Virus record (IMG/VR): IMGVR_UViG_3300030673_000004 | Location: 62,001-126,000 of that record | Length of the DNA stretch: 64,000 nucleotides | Reading direction: 5' to 3' (one strand) | Made by a program: the position numbers and the translations under genes | The notes under the pieces: model-generated | Database searches by the model: none | Seen by the model: only the letters and a program-made list of their open reading frames with translations | What the model was told of the DNA's origin: nothing | In this document: positions 53,661 to 62,380 of the stretch, one piece after another | Position numbering within the stretch: the first letter of the stretch is position 1 | How the letters are laid out: the number at the start of each line of letters is the position of its first letter

Positions 53661-54317
53661 ATGTCTGTTCAAAAATATCCACGAACGTATCATGCGCCCT
53701 GGTCTGATTGTCTTGCTTCAGATGACAAGTACATCGGGTCGTTGGTTGCCTTTGATGGTAAGCGTGTTATTGTTACAGAGAAAATGGATGGTGAGAACAC
53801 TACGCTTATGTCTGACCGGGCTTTTGCTCGCAGCATTGATTCCGTTCATCATTACAGTCGTGATTGGGTTAAGGCATTTTGGGCTACAATCAAAAATGAT
53901 ATTCCTAAGGACTGGCGTATCTGTGGTGAGAATTTGTGGGCACAACACGCTATTGCCTACAACGACCTCAAGTCTTTCTTTATGGGGTTTTCTGTCTGGG
54001 ATGACAGGAACATCTCATTGTCCTGGGATGCTACTCTTGAGTGGTTTGACCTTCTGGGTGTTACTCCAGTAACAGCCATCTATGATGGCCTCTACGATGT
54101 TGCTGCTATCATGGATGCTTTTGATGCTTATAAGAAAACAGCAGGTCATGACGTAGAGGGGTATGTCATTCGCGTGGCAGATGAGATTGCTTATGCTGAT
54201 TTCAGGACGCACATGTGCAAGTACGTTCGTAAGAATCTTGTTCAGCTTGATACGGCTCATTGGCTGTATGGCGGTCGTGCTGTCATTCCAAATAAACTCT
54301 ATACTGAAAGCACCTAA
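53661..54317 (+). CDS. ATP-dependent RNA ligase (Rnl2-like)
   Basis: KYPRTYH.PWS, VIVTEKMDGENT (intact KxDG), ICGENL, GFSVWD, EGYVIR, KYVR. Confidence 0.9.
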   Translation: MSVQKYPRTYHAPWSDCLASDDKYIGSLVAFDGKRVIVTEKMDGENTTLMSDRAFARSIDSVHHYSRDWVKAFWATIKNDIPKDWRICGENLWAQHAIAYNDLKSFFMGFSVWDDRNISLSWDATLEWFDLLGVTPVTAIYDGLYDVAAIMDAFDAYKKTAGHDVEGYVIRVADEIAYADFRTHMCKYVRKNLVQLDTAHWLYGGRAVIPNKLYTEST

Positions 54318-54616
54318 TGCTCAAGTTTCTTCTGTTCCTTGGATTCTTTACTGTACTGACCGGGTGCGATACATCGGATCATGCTATAAAGGCACCTTGT
54401 TCTAGCTATACAATTAAAATTGATTCCGTGCTTTTTCGTGAGGCATATATCACTTTGGTTCCTACCTGCAGTTTGGCTGTGCCTATTAAATGTATTCAAA
54501 ACCAAGATCACTTTGGTTACGGAGATACGGTTATTGGTGTAGAGACTCGGGACCTAAGCGATTCTTCTTTTAGCGGGTATGCTATCTGGGATACGCTAAA
54601 GCGGTATCATAAGTGA
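54317..54616 (+). CDS. Putative lipoprotein
   Basis: MLKFLLFLGFFTVLTGC lipobox. Confidence 0.7.
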   Translation: MLKFLLFLGFFTVLTGCDTSDHAIKAPCSSYTIKIDSVLFREAYITLVPTCSLAVPIKCIQNQDHFGYGDTVIGVETRDLSDSSFSGYAIWDTLKRYHK

Positions 54617-54942
54617 GTCCACATGTAATAAATGCTACTGTGGACAACATTTTGATGGTTGTTTCTACACCGACAACTATTACACTGCTTGCTTCAAATA
54701 ATCCGAAGCTGCGTCGTTGGAGTGGATTGACAGGTATGTTTGGGCAGATCTTTTGGATCACATCTAACTGTACTTGGGAGCGTTGGGGGATGTGTTTGGT
54801 ATCTTTCTATATGGCTTTGATCTATGTTAGGTCTTTCCTTACTTATTGGTTGATTCCACATAAGCATGATTTTTATGATATGTGGATGCAGTATATACAT
54901 GCTCCTCATATTTTAGTTCATTTCAAACACGGGAGGCACTGA
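54613..54942 (+). CDS. Small membrane protein
   Basis: WSGLTGMFGQIFW...WGMCLVSFYMALIY hydrophobic helices. Confidence 0.65.
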   Translation: MSPHVINATVDNILMVVSTPTTITLLASNNPKLRRWSGLTGMFGQIFWITSNCTWERWGMCLVSFYMALIYVRSFLTYWLIPHKHDFYDMWMQYIHAPHILVHFKHGRH

Positions 54943-55018
54943 TGGGTTGCTGGGATGGAATATGCGCTCTTTCTAACTTAAGTATCCCTGGGGGTGCTAA
55001 GGTTACGGAGGAATTCTA

Positions 55019-55540
55019 GTGGCTATTACTTATATGGTGGGTGATCTAGTAGATCTTGCCGCTAATGGTACCTTTAGTGTTGTGGTTCACGGCGCGAATT
55101 GCAAACAAACTATGAATAGTGGTGTGGCTAAAGCGCTACGTGATAAGTGGCCTCAGGTATATGCTGCTGACCTTGCATATAGTACGGCAGGTAATCCTTT
55201 GAAGCTTGGCCGTTATTCTCAGGCATATGTAGATTGTGGCACCATAAAAATTGCTATTATCAACGCTTATATTCAGTTTGACTTTGGATACGATGGAGCA
55301 CGTTACGTAGAGTACTGCGCTATTCACGATGTATTTTCTGGGCTTGCTGCTCACTATAGGTCGTGTGCAGCACAACCCGTGATTGGATTGCCTCGTATTG
55401 GTTGTGGTCGTGCTGGTGGGAAGTGGGACATCGTATCTGGTATTTTAGATGCAACTATGCCTGATTTTGATCTACGTGTCGTAGATTTACCTCAACCTGA
55501 AGTATGGTACAATCGGGTTTTAGCTGGAGGTAGGTCGTGA
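55019..55540 (+). CDS. Macro domain (ADP-ribose hydrolase) protein
   Basis: VGDL, VVHGANCKQTMNSGVAKALRDKWP, IINAYIQ, IGLPRIGCGRAGGKW. Confidence 0.9.
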   Translation: MAITYMVGDLVDLAANGTFSVVVHGANCKQTMNSGVAKALRDKWPQVYAADLAYSTAGNPLKLGRYSQAYVDCGTIKIAIINAYIQFDFGYDGARYVEYCAIHDVFSGLAAHYRSCAAQPVIGLPRIGCGRAGGKWDIVSGILDATMPDFDLRVVDLPQPEVWYNRVLAGGRS

Positions 55541-55598
55541 TGCTATGTTATCAAAACAATAAAGTTTTGTAAAACTTGGGATTTTCTTGTTTTGACTC

Positions 55599-55627
55599 TT
55601 GACATAGATACTTCTTTATAGTATATT
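55599..55627 (+). promoter_or_regulatory. sigma70 promoter with ATACT-N7-AGTAT variant palindrome
   Basis: TTGACA-tagatacttctttatag-TATATT. Confidence 0.8.
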
Positions 55628-55641
55628 GTACTTACTGTTGA

Positions 55642-55732
55642 ATGCAGCAAGTTTTGACGGGTCACCCACGCAATGGGTTCGAGCCTAATTAGTAGGTAAA
55701 CTACTATCGTCAGATTGCGAAACAAACTGCAT
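55642..55732 (+). ncRNA. Unassigned structured RNA (~90 nt) ahead of tRNA-Asp
   Basis: ATGCAG/CTGCAT and TTTGACGG/TCGTCAGA helices enclosing CCCA-CGCAA-TGGG and AGTAG-GTAAA-CTACT. Confidence 0.5.
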
Positions 55733-55744
55733 GACACGGTAACC

Positions 55745-55818
55745 GGGTGGTTAACTCAATTGGTTAGAGTACCTGCCTGTCTCGCAGGATGTTAAGAGTT
55801 CGAATCTCTTACCGCTCG
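55745..55818 (+). tRNA. tRNA-Asp(GTC)
   Basis: GGGTGGT/ACCGCTC G73; CCTGC-CTGTCTC-GCAGG (pyrimidine at position 37). Confidence 0.9.
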
Positions 55819-55821
55819 TAT

Positions 55822-55857
55822 AAGACCTCTAGGTTTTCCTGGGGGTCTTTTTTTGTT
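55822..55857 (+). terminator. Intrinsic terminator
   Basis: AAGACCTCTAGG-TTTT-CCTGGGGGTCTT followed by a T-run. Confidence 0.85.
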
Positions 55858-55894
55858 TTGGTAGTAAATCAGAAGAAAACCACTGGAGGTCTTC

Positions 55895-56665
55895 GTGAAA
55901 TATGCTATCAGCTACCGTGATCTAAACGGTACCAAGTTTACTACAGTTGTTGCTGAGACATCTTTGAAAGTTGAGCCTGTTTATCTGCTTCGGATCTTTG
56001 AAGAGCGGGTACGTAAAATACCTGATTTATTGGCATCTAAGAATTTTCGTCTTGCTGATGCTGACATTATTTTGGATACAAATACAGTACACACCAGTCG
56101 CGGTGATGTTATTCTGAACGCTCCTTCTGTTCTTTTATTTGTTCAGGTGAACTCTTCCGATTATTGTACTCTTGCACTTTATGTTGCAGCCGTACTGTTT
56201 GAGACAGTGGGCGTGTCATGGAGTGGGGACTCTACTCGTGATTCGCTGGAAGAGTTATTAGATCTTCAAGCCAGTATGAATGATGTTGCTTTTGCAAAAC
56301 AGAACATACATTCTGTTGCATCTGGCGAAGCGATGCAGACATCGTTCTTTTTTCGTAACTTGACTGATCCAGCAAAGAAGCTGACATCAAACTCCGACAC
56401 TTGTGTGTGGCTCCGTAACTATCTGTGGGCCGCTAAGGAGGAGCTTGGGGAGCTGGCTGAACTGATACCTCAGAAGTGGTGGTCTAAGAATGAATTTGAT
56501 ATGGAGTCTGCTCGGGAAGAATTTATTGATGTTGTCCATTTTGTCCTTAGCATTGGATTAGCTCTGGGACTAGACAAAGATGGTATTCTTGCTGTGTACC
56601 GTAAAAAGAATGCGGTTAACTTAAAGCGTCAAGCTGGCGGTTACACGGCTCGTGGTAATGGTTGA
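55895..56665 (+). CDS. Dimeric all-alpha dUTPase/dCTPase with N-terminal extension
   Basis: EELGELAELIPQKWW, EEFIDVVHFVLS, YRKKNAVNLKRQAGGY. Confidence 0.85.
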   Translation: MKYAISYRDLNGTKFTTVVAETSLKVEPVYLLRIFEERVRKIPDLLASKNFRLADADIILDTNTVHTSRGDVILNAPSVLLFVQVNSSDYCTLALYVAAVLFETVGVSWSGDSTRDSLEELLDLQASMNDVAFAKQNIHSVASGEAMQTSFFFRNLTDPAKKLTSNSDTCVWLRNYLWAAKEELGELAELIPQKWWSKNEFDMESAREEFIDVVHFVLSIGLALGLDKDGILAVYRKKNAVNLKRQAGGYTARGNG

Positions 56666-56690
56666 CAATAATACATTTTTAATGTATCTT
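56662..56690 (+). promoter_or_regulatory. sigma70 promoter with ATACA-N7-TGTAT
   Basis: TTGACA-ataatacatttttaatg-TATCTT. Confidence 0.8.
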
Positions 56691-56696
56691 TAATCC

Positions 56697-57083
56697 ATGA
56701 CTATCTTGTATCTTCTGATGATGTCGTTCTCTGCTCTTCTCTGTACCAAGGAAGAGCATTTGTTTGTTCATACTTTGGATGCTCAACTCTCTTCTGCTGA
56801 CGGTCAATATCATCGCACGGCTTTCCCTCGTGCGGATCTTGCCTTTGATAGTAGCGCTGATTTGTTTGAGAGTTTGGTACATCGTGATTCTGGATACATC
56901 CTACAGGGCGTAACTTGGATGTGGGATCTTAAACCGGGGCATGTGCTGGTTCTTCGTGTTCGTCCGTTTAAGACAGAGGGTGCTTGTATTGAACTATATG
57001 AGGCACAGGTTGTTGTTTACTATGCTGATGTTTTCAGGTTGCCTGCAGTGAGGCGTAATATTGAACGATCTTTCGCCAAGTGA
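56697..57083 (+). CDS. Hypothetical protein
   Basis: 128 aa; ATG immediately after the promoter (possibly leaderless). Confidence 0.55.
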   Translation: MTILYLLMMSFSALLCTKEEHLFVHTLDAQLSSADGQYHRTAFPRADLAFDSSADLFESLVHRDSGYILQGVTWMWDLKPGHVLVLRVRPFKTEGACIELYEAQVVVYYADVFRLPAVRRNIERSFAK

Positions 57084-57441
57084 AACACTAGAACTGGCTG
57101 AGTTTCTTTCTTGCTACTCGAAAGATGAACAGGGTGCGGCTTTGTCTTTAGATGATGCTCTGCGTGTTGTTGAATCTACCGATGCTTATGCTCTGCAATT
57201 GTCACCTAATGATTACTTGGTTTATTTGAAGCTTATTCAATCAATCCAAGAAAATGGTCCCCTGATGCCTGTAAGTAAATTACCAGATGCTATATCTAAG
57301 TTTATACTAGATATGTTTAATCATGGTTATACGCTTATGGAGCAGCAGGTCTTGTTGCGATCGGTGCATCGTGTGCAGTTAATTTGGTTTATTTTAGGTG
57401 CTTCCTTGACATTCGGGCTCTGTTTCTTTATATTTCGATGA
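57061..57441 (+). CDS. Hypothetical protein with C-terminal TM helix
   Basis: LIWFILGASLTFGLCFFIF C-terminus. Confidence 0.6.
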   Translation: MNDLSPSETLELAEFLSCYSKDEQGAALSLDDALRVVESTDAYALQLSPNDYLVYLKLIQSIQENGPLMPVSKLPDAISKFILDMFNHGYTLMEQQVLLRSVHRVQLIWFILGASLTFGLCFFIFR

Positions 57442-57938
57442 TGCCTCTTTCTACTCCTTTGGGAAATTTAGACCCATCATCTACTATGTTTTCTGTGTTT
57501 GTTTACGGAAGTTTACTTCCTGGATTACACAATCACATCCTGATTAGGCACGCCGAGTGTATTGGGGATGGTGAGATTTCCGGCGTCTTGTTTTCTATGG
57601 GTGCTTTTCCTGCTATTGTCCCTTTGCGCTTCTTTAAGGATAAGACGCTTACAAACACAGTAAAAGGTAAAGTCTATCAGGTAGATAGAGATACCATGTC
57701 TGATTTAGATACTCTTGAGGGTTACACGCCTGGGTCTCATAGCAATTTATATGATCGGGCTATTGTTCCTGTTCACATGAAGAGTGGATCTACCTTGGAT
57801 GCTTTTGTTTATCAAGCATCTCATTATATTGTATCTAATATCGCTCAAGGACAGAATCCTATTGTGCCTGAGGGTGACTGGGCTACGTATGCTCGGCACT
57901 ACGTTACACCTGCTATGGTTAAGCACCAAAGGTCTTAA
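57438..57938 (+). CDS. Gamma-glutamylcyclotransferase (AIG2-like)
   Basis: VFVYGSLLPGLHNH, FPAIV, VKGKVYQV, LDTLEGY, LYDR, AFVY. Confidence 0.9.
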   Translation: MMPLSTPLGNLDPSSTMFSVFVYGSLLPGLHNHILIRHAECIGDGEISGVLFSMGAFPAIVPLRFFKDKTLTNTVKGKVYQVDRDTMSDLDTLEGYTPGSHSNLYDRAIVPVHMKSGSTLDAFVYQASHYIVSNIAQGQNPIVPEGDWATYARHYVTPAMVKHQRS

Positions 57939-57940
57939 TA

Positions 57941-58573
57941 ATGTCTCGTGCTGTAATTGATATTGCTACAAGTGGTACCGATCCTAAGTTGCATGCTATC
58001 TTGGAACTTTGTATTATCAAAGTTGATGAAAGTTACAATGTAATAGATACTTTATCCTTGCGTATTAGGCATAAGAATCTTGTTGTAGCTCCAGAGGCTG
58101 TTGCTTTTAACGGGTTAGATCTCCGTGAATCTATTGATTGGACTGATGAGTCGGCTGCACGAGATACAATTTGTTTATTTCTTTCTCATAGTTCGTTTGA
58201 TGCGATTCAGTCCGGTGCTCGTATTGCAAAGTGTACATATACAGGTTTAGGCGCGGCTCAGGATGCTTTGTTTTTGCGCTCTTTTCTTGGTGAGACTGTG
58301 TACACTGCCTTGTTTATGCCTCGTATTTCTGAGTTAGGTACTTTAGCTGAGGCTTGTGTTATAGAAGGACTGATACCACAACCCAGGTCTTCGTCTATGT
58401 TAGAGTTGGCTTATGCTGCTGGTGTTGATGTTCCTGATGAAGGTACACACTCTGCTAATTTGGATGCTCAGATGGCACGTGACTTAGGCCGAGCTCTCTT
58501 TTTGCAGTTACGTAATGCGGGATCTCGTTTGCGTGGTGAGGAACCCTGTGCTACATTTGATGTGAATGTATAA
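57941..58573 (+). CDS. DEDDh 3'-5' exonuclease homolog with ExoI Glu lost
   Basis: VIDIATSGTDP (normally DxETTG), AILELC, NG, QDALFL, THSANLDA. Confidence 0.75.
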   Translation: MSRAVIDIATSGTDPKLHAILELCIIKVDESYNVIDTLSLRIRHKNLVVAPEAVAFNGLDLRESIDWTDESAARDTICLFLSHSSFDAIQSGARIAKCTYTGLGAAQDALFLRSFLGETVYTALFMPRISELGTLAEACVIEGLIPQPRSSSMLELAYAAGVDVPDEGTHSANLDAQMARDLGRALFLQLRNAGSRLRGEEPCATFDVNV

Positions 58574-58599
58574 CTAACTTATAGTGTTTGTCAAATACT

Positions 58600-58630
58600 A
58601 AAACCCGCTTAATGCGGGTTTTTTGTTTTC
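58600..58630 (+). terminator. Intrinsic terminator
   Basis: AAAACCCGC-TTAAT-GCGGGTTTT followed by a T-run. Confidence 0.8.
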
Positions 58631-58672
58631 AAGTTTTGCATAAATGTGATTTCGCGATGATTCTCTCTGTTT

Positions 58673-59509
58673 TTGAACAAAAGTCTTTTTGTCATGACAG
58701 ATGCAACATCACACATTCTGGATCCTTATAGTCGTTCGCTTAGTATTGCGAGTGATACTTTTGAGGTTACTGGGTCTGTTGCAACTCATGAGGGTCGTCT
58801 TGTTGAAGCCCGTAGTCTGTTTTCGGATTTCTCATCTGAGAGAAAGCGTATTGGGACAGATTTTTTTGAGGTTAACGCTGCTGAGGAAGACGCCTCTGCT
58901 TTTAGGAATCGTGTTGATATTTCATGGTTAGCTTCCGCTGCTGATACATTTAAGGTCAGCCCGGACATTGGTGATTATGTATTAACCACCGTAGGCATTG
59001 TGACGAGTGATCTCCCTAATAAGAATATGCAGGGATTCACCAAGCAAGAGCTTACTTATTTTGACCCCATAATTGGAAGACCTACATATAAAACATTCGT
59101 TGGTGCTGGTTTGCACTACGAGCACCAGAATAAGGATCCCTTAAAAGCTAAGGGGGTAATCCTTGATTCTATGATTACATATATACCTAAATACGATGTA
59201 TTTAAGGTATTAGTTCTTGCTGCTTGGGATCGCACTAAAGATGTGGATCTTGTAAAGCAGATTATGAGTGGCGAACGCAGTGGCTACTCAATGGGATGCT
59301 TAGTTAAAGCATTTGTTTGTTCTGTATCTGGTCAGATTGTAACTCCGGATAAAGGACCCTATCGTAGAGGCCAAATCGTATATGTCGATGGGCAGCCTCG
59401 TTTATGCTACCACTTATGCACGGGTAGCAACTTTTTTGAGATGTCCTCCGTTGGCAACCCCGCAGATGTTTCTGCCATTGGAGATCGTCTTGGTGTTTTG
59501 AAGTCTTGA
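58673..59509 (+). CDS. Probable prohead (maturation) protease
   Basis: PNKNMQGF..EL, LHYEH (His), GVILDS, GYSMG (Ser), FFEMSSVGNPAD; sits upstream of scaffold and capsid genes. Confidence 0.75.
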   Translation: MNKSLFVMTDATSHILDPYSRSLSIASDTFEVTGSVATHEGRLVEARSLFSDFSSERKRIGTDFFEVNAAEEDASAFRNRVDISWLASAADTFKVSPDIGDYVLTTVGIVTSDLPNKNMQGFTKQELTYFDPIIGRPTYKTFVGAGLHYEHQNKDPLKAKGVILDSMITYIPKYDVFKVLVLAAWDRTKDVDLVKQIMSGERSGYSMGCLVKAFVCSVSGQIVTPDKGPYRRGQIVYVDGQPRLCYHLCTGSNFFEMSSVGNPADVSAIGDRLGVLKS

Positions 59510-59606
59510 ATTTTTGAGGGCAGACAGCCACGCCCAGAACTTTCGATAGCAGTGGCCTACAAGTTAATACGAAGGCTATCGGAATAGTCAACAAGGAAAC
59601 CATACG

Positions 59607-61532
59607 ATGAGGCAATCATCTAAGATTCAGAAAGGCTTCGCAGAGTTTGAACGACTCATGCTTGCTGAAGCCGCTGGTGAAGCCCCTGAGTCGGTTCCTG
59701 CTCCTGCGCCTGCTCCTGTAGCAGAGCCTGCTCCTGTAGAAACAGCTCCAGCACCTACTGCTGATCCTGCTGCTCTTCCATCGGAACCTGCTCCAGCTCC
59801 TGTAGCAGATCCTGCTGCTCTTCCACCAGAACCTGCTCCTGTAGCAGATCCTGCTTTGGAAGCTCCAGCACCTGTTGAGCCGGTTACCGCCCCTGTAGCT
59901 GAAAACCAGACAAATGATATTGATGCAGATCTAGATCTGTCCGATCTAGAGGGATTAGAGCCTGCTGAGCCCGCTCCTGCGGCATTGGCACCAGAAGCTC
60001 CGGCACCTACTGCTGATCCTACTGCTCTTCCACCAGAACCTGCTCCTGTAGCGGATCCTGCTTTGGAAGCTCCAGCACCCGCACCTGCACAAGAAAATCC
60101 TGCTAATTTTACAGTTGCTTGTGCTTCTGTCGAAGATGTTATGGAGCACTTGGAAGCTCTTGCTTCTGCTGGTTCCGAGGATCCTGTAGCACAATTAGTT
60201 GCTACTGGTGCTGTTCATCGTATTGAAGTTCCTTCGGCTGACGTAGACATGGTTGCTTTTGCTTCCGCTATTGATGCTCTGGAAGATGAAGATGACGACG
60301 ACAAGGAGAATGTAGAAGTCTCTGAGGATGGTACAAATCATGTACACGTCACTACAGTTGACGCAGATCTAGAAGACGAAGATGACTACCGTGAGCTAGA
60401 TCGCATTCTTAATGAGCTGTTTAATGGCGGTGATAGTGCTGAGGTATTTGATGAAGGTTCTGATGAGGGTGCAATCCCTACAGAAGAGCCCGAAACTACT
60501 GAGGATTCTGAGGTTGGGGATGAGGTAACTCCCTCTACAGACGAATCTGAAGAGGCTGAAGCTGAGACCGATCCCATAGTTCCCGAGGGTGATGAGTCTG
60601 CTACCCCCGAAGTTTCTGATGAAGAAGAGCAGGCTAATGCTTCAACACAATCTGGCGCGGGTGAAGCCGTTGCCAAGGAGGATAACGACATGGTTGTTCG
60701 ACCTGTGGCTGATGAAGAGGCAATTGCCTCGGCCACCCCTGATCAAGTACAGCTTGTACTAAGTAACACACCTGAGCCAACTTGGAATGTGATTGTTGCT
60801 GGCGTAGCCGCTGCTTCAATTGCACTCAAAGATCAGGCAGATCCAGCACGTTCCGCTACTGTTTTTGGTACTCAGAAGTATCATGACGGTTTGCTGCGGG
60901 CCATGGCTTCTCAGGGAATTCTTCCTGTGTTGCAAAGTGTTAATGCGACACTTTATGGGAATGAATTCCGTAAGTCAGAGTTGGCTCAAGAAATTCGTGC
61001 CTCTGTTGAGCAAGAGAGTTTGGAAGCTACTGCTTCTACTCTTGTTGATATGCGTGATAAGTTTCTTGATCGTTGCAACTTGGTAGCTGTGGGATCCTCC
61101 AAGGGATTCTTTGCCAAGGTAAAGAATCCTATGACAGGTAAGCTGGCTTTTGCTCTAGCGTCTGTCGGGGTACCTGATGCTGATGCTAACCGTATGGCTA
61201 AGGCTTTAGTTCTGGCTTCTGCTCCTGAGATGTTCAAGGTTATCGCTGATGAAGCTACTAATCTGATGGACAAGCCGGATGATACTGTTGAAGCACTCCG
61301 CGAGAATATTGATGACTCGTCTGACATTGATCGTGATGAGGTAAAGGCTACACCCGATTCTGTCACAGATGAAGAGTGCGATGCTTGCAATACACGTGCT
61401 ACTGCATCCGCTAGCTTTGCTTCTCGCTTGAGTCGCCAGGCTGGTGCTTTTGGGGTTCCCGCTGCTCAAACTACTACTGCTAGTGCTCAACCAAGTTTTG
61501 CCAAGATATTTGGCAAGCTTAGCATGCACTAA
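59607..61532 (+). CDS. Acidic Pro/Ala-rich head scaffold-like protein
   Basis: APAP/ADPAALP repeats, Asp/Glu-rich linker, helical C-terminus; between protease and capsid genes. Confidence 0.7.
   Translation: MRQSSKIQKGFAEFERLMLAEAAGEAPESVPAPAPAPVAEPAPVETAPAPTADPAALPSEPAPAPVADPAALPPEPAPVADPALEAPAPVEPVTAPVAENQTNDIDADLDLSDLEGLEPAEPAPAALAPEAPAPTADPTALPPEPAPVADPALEAPAPAPAQENPANFTVACASVEDVMEHLEALASAGSEDPVAQLVATGAVHRIEVPSADVDMVAFASAIDALEDEDDDDKENVEVSEDGTNHVHVTTVDADLEDEDDYRELDRILNELFNGGDSAEVFDEGSDEGAIPTEEPETTEDSEVGDEVTPSTDESEEAEAETDPIVPEGDESATPEVSDEEEQANASTQSGAGEAVAKEDNDMVVRPVADEEAIASATPDQVQLVLSNTPEPTWNVIVAGVAAASIALKDQADPARSATVFGTQKYHDGLLRAMASQGILPVLQSVNATLYGNEFRKSELAQEIRASVEQESLEATASTLVDMRDKFLDRCNLVAVGSSKGFFAKVKNPMTGKLAFALASVGVPDADANRMAKALVLASAPEMFKVIADEATNLMDKPDDTVEALRENIDDSSDIDRDEVKATPDSVTDEECDACNTRATASASFASRLSRQAGAFGVPAAQTTTASAQPSFAKIFGKLSMH
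59700..60090 (+). repeat. Imperfect coding repeats (PAPTADP.ALP.EPAPVADPALEAPAP)
   Basis: GCTCTTCCACCAGAACCTGCTCCTGTAGC.GATCCTGCTTTGGAAGCTCCAGCAC occurs near 59815 and 60025. Confidence 0.85.
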
Positions 61533-61636
61533 TTGATTCTTTAATGCAATAAAAATTGCATAAAGTTTTGCACACCGTATAAACACCGAATTACACCGTT
61601 TTTTAATAAAACTTCTGCTCAAAGGAGAACATTACA

Positions 61637-62341
61637 ATGTTCAATCTAGCGAATTTCCGTCATCTTCAGACAGTTACTCGTTCTGTAACTCCCGGTGCTT
61701 CGATCACCGCAGAGGGACAGATCTTGAAGTCCATTCTTACTCAGGGTCAGGAGACTCTGCAGCCCGCTACTGGTGCAGCCGGTGAAGTTCTTGTTGGATT
61801 TGCTATCCAGCGTAATCTTCGTCCTAGCACTAAGGTTGTGGTTGAGACTCTCGCTGTAAGCGTTGCTGCTGGTGGCACTGTTACCCTGTCTCACTCGAAC
61901 TTGGTTTCGAGTACTCTGCGCGTTCATAACGAAGCCACGGGTACAGACGTAGTTGTTACAACAGGCTACACTGTGAATTTGACTTCCGGTGTTGTGACTT
62001 TTGTTGCTGCTACGACTGCAAGCGTTACCTTCACCTATGTCTACAATCTGACTGCTGTTGAAGCTGACATTCTGTTTAAGAATGCTCCTATTGGCTCCAA
62101 TGCTTCCTCTGTCTGGGGAACTGCTACAGTTGCTGTTGGCTTCGGTGAGATCAGCACAGATCAGTATGATACCACTAAGGATTACACCGTTGCCGGTACT
62201 TTGCGTGTTGGCGCTGCTGGTGTAATCACTCTGGATACCGCTGGTACTGGAACAGCCACTGCAATTCCTGGTGGTCGCGTTATCAAGGCCCCGACCTCTG
62301 ATGATCCGCTGCTCACTATCGGTTTCAACTTCGCTGGCTGA
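61637..62341 (+). CDS. Probable capsid decoration/cement protein
   Basis: Thr/Gly/Val-rich beta protein with an AAGGAG RBS, directly upstream of the major capsid gene. Confidence 0.65.
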   Translation: MFNLANFRHLQTVTRSVTPGASITAEGQILKSILTQGQETLQPATGAAGEVLVGFAIQRNLRPSTKVVVETLAVSVAAGGTVTLSHSNLVSSTLRVHNEATGTDVVVTTGYTVNLTSGVVTFVAATTASVTFTYVYNLTAVEADILFKNAPIGSNASSVWGTATVAVGFGEISTDQYDTTKDYTVAGTLRVGAAGVITLDTAGTGTATAIPGGRVIKAPTSDDPLLTIGFNFAG

Positions 62342-62380
62342 TAATAACCTGAGCAAAAATTCACCAAGGAGAATATTACA

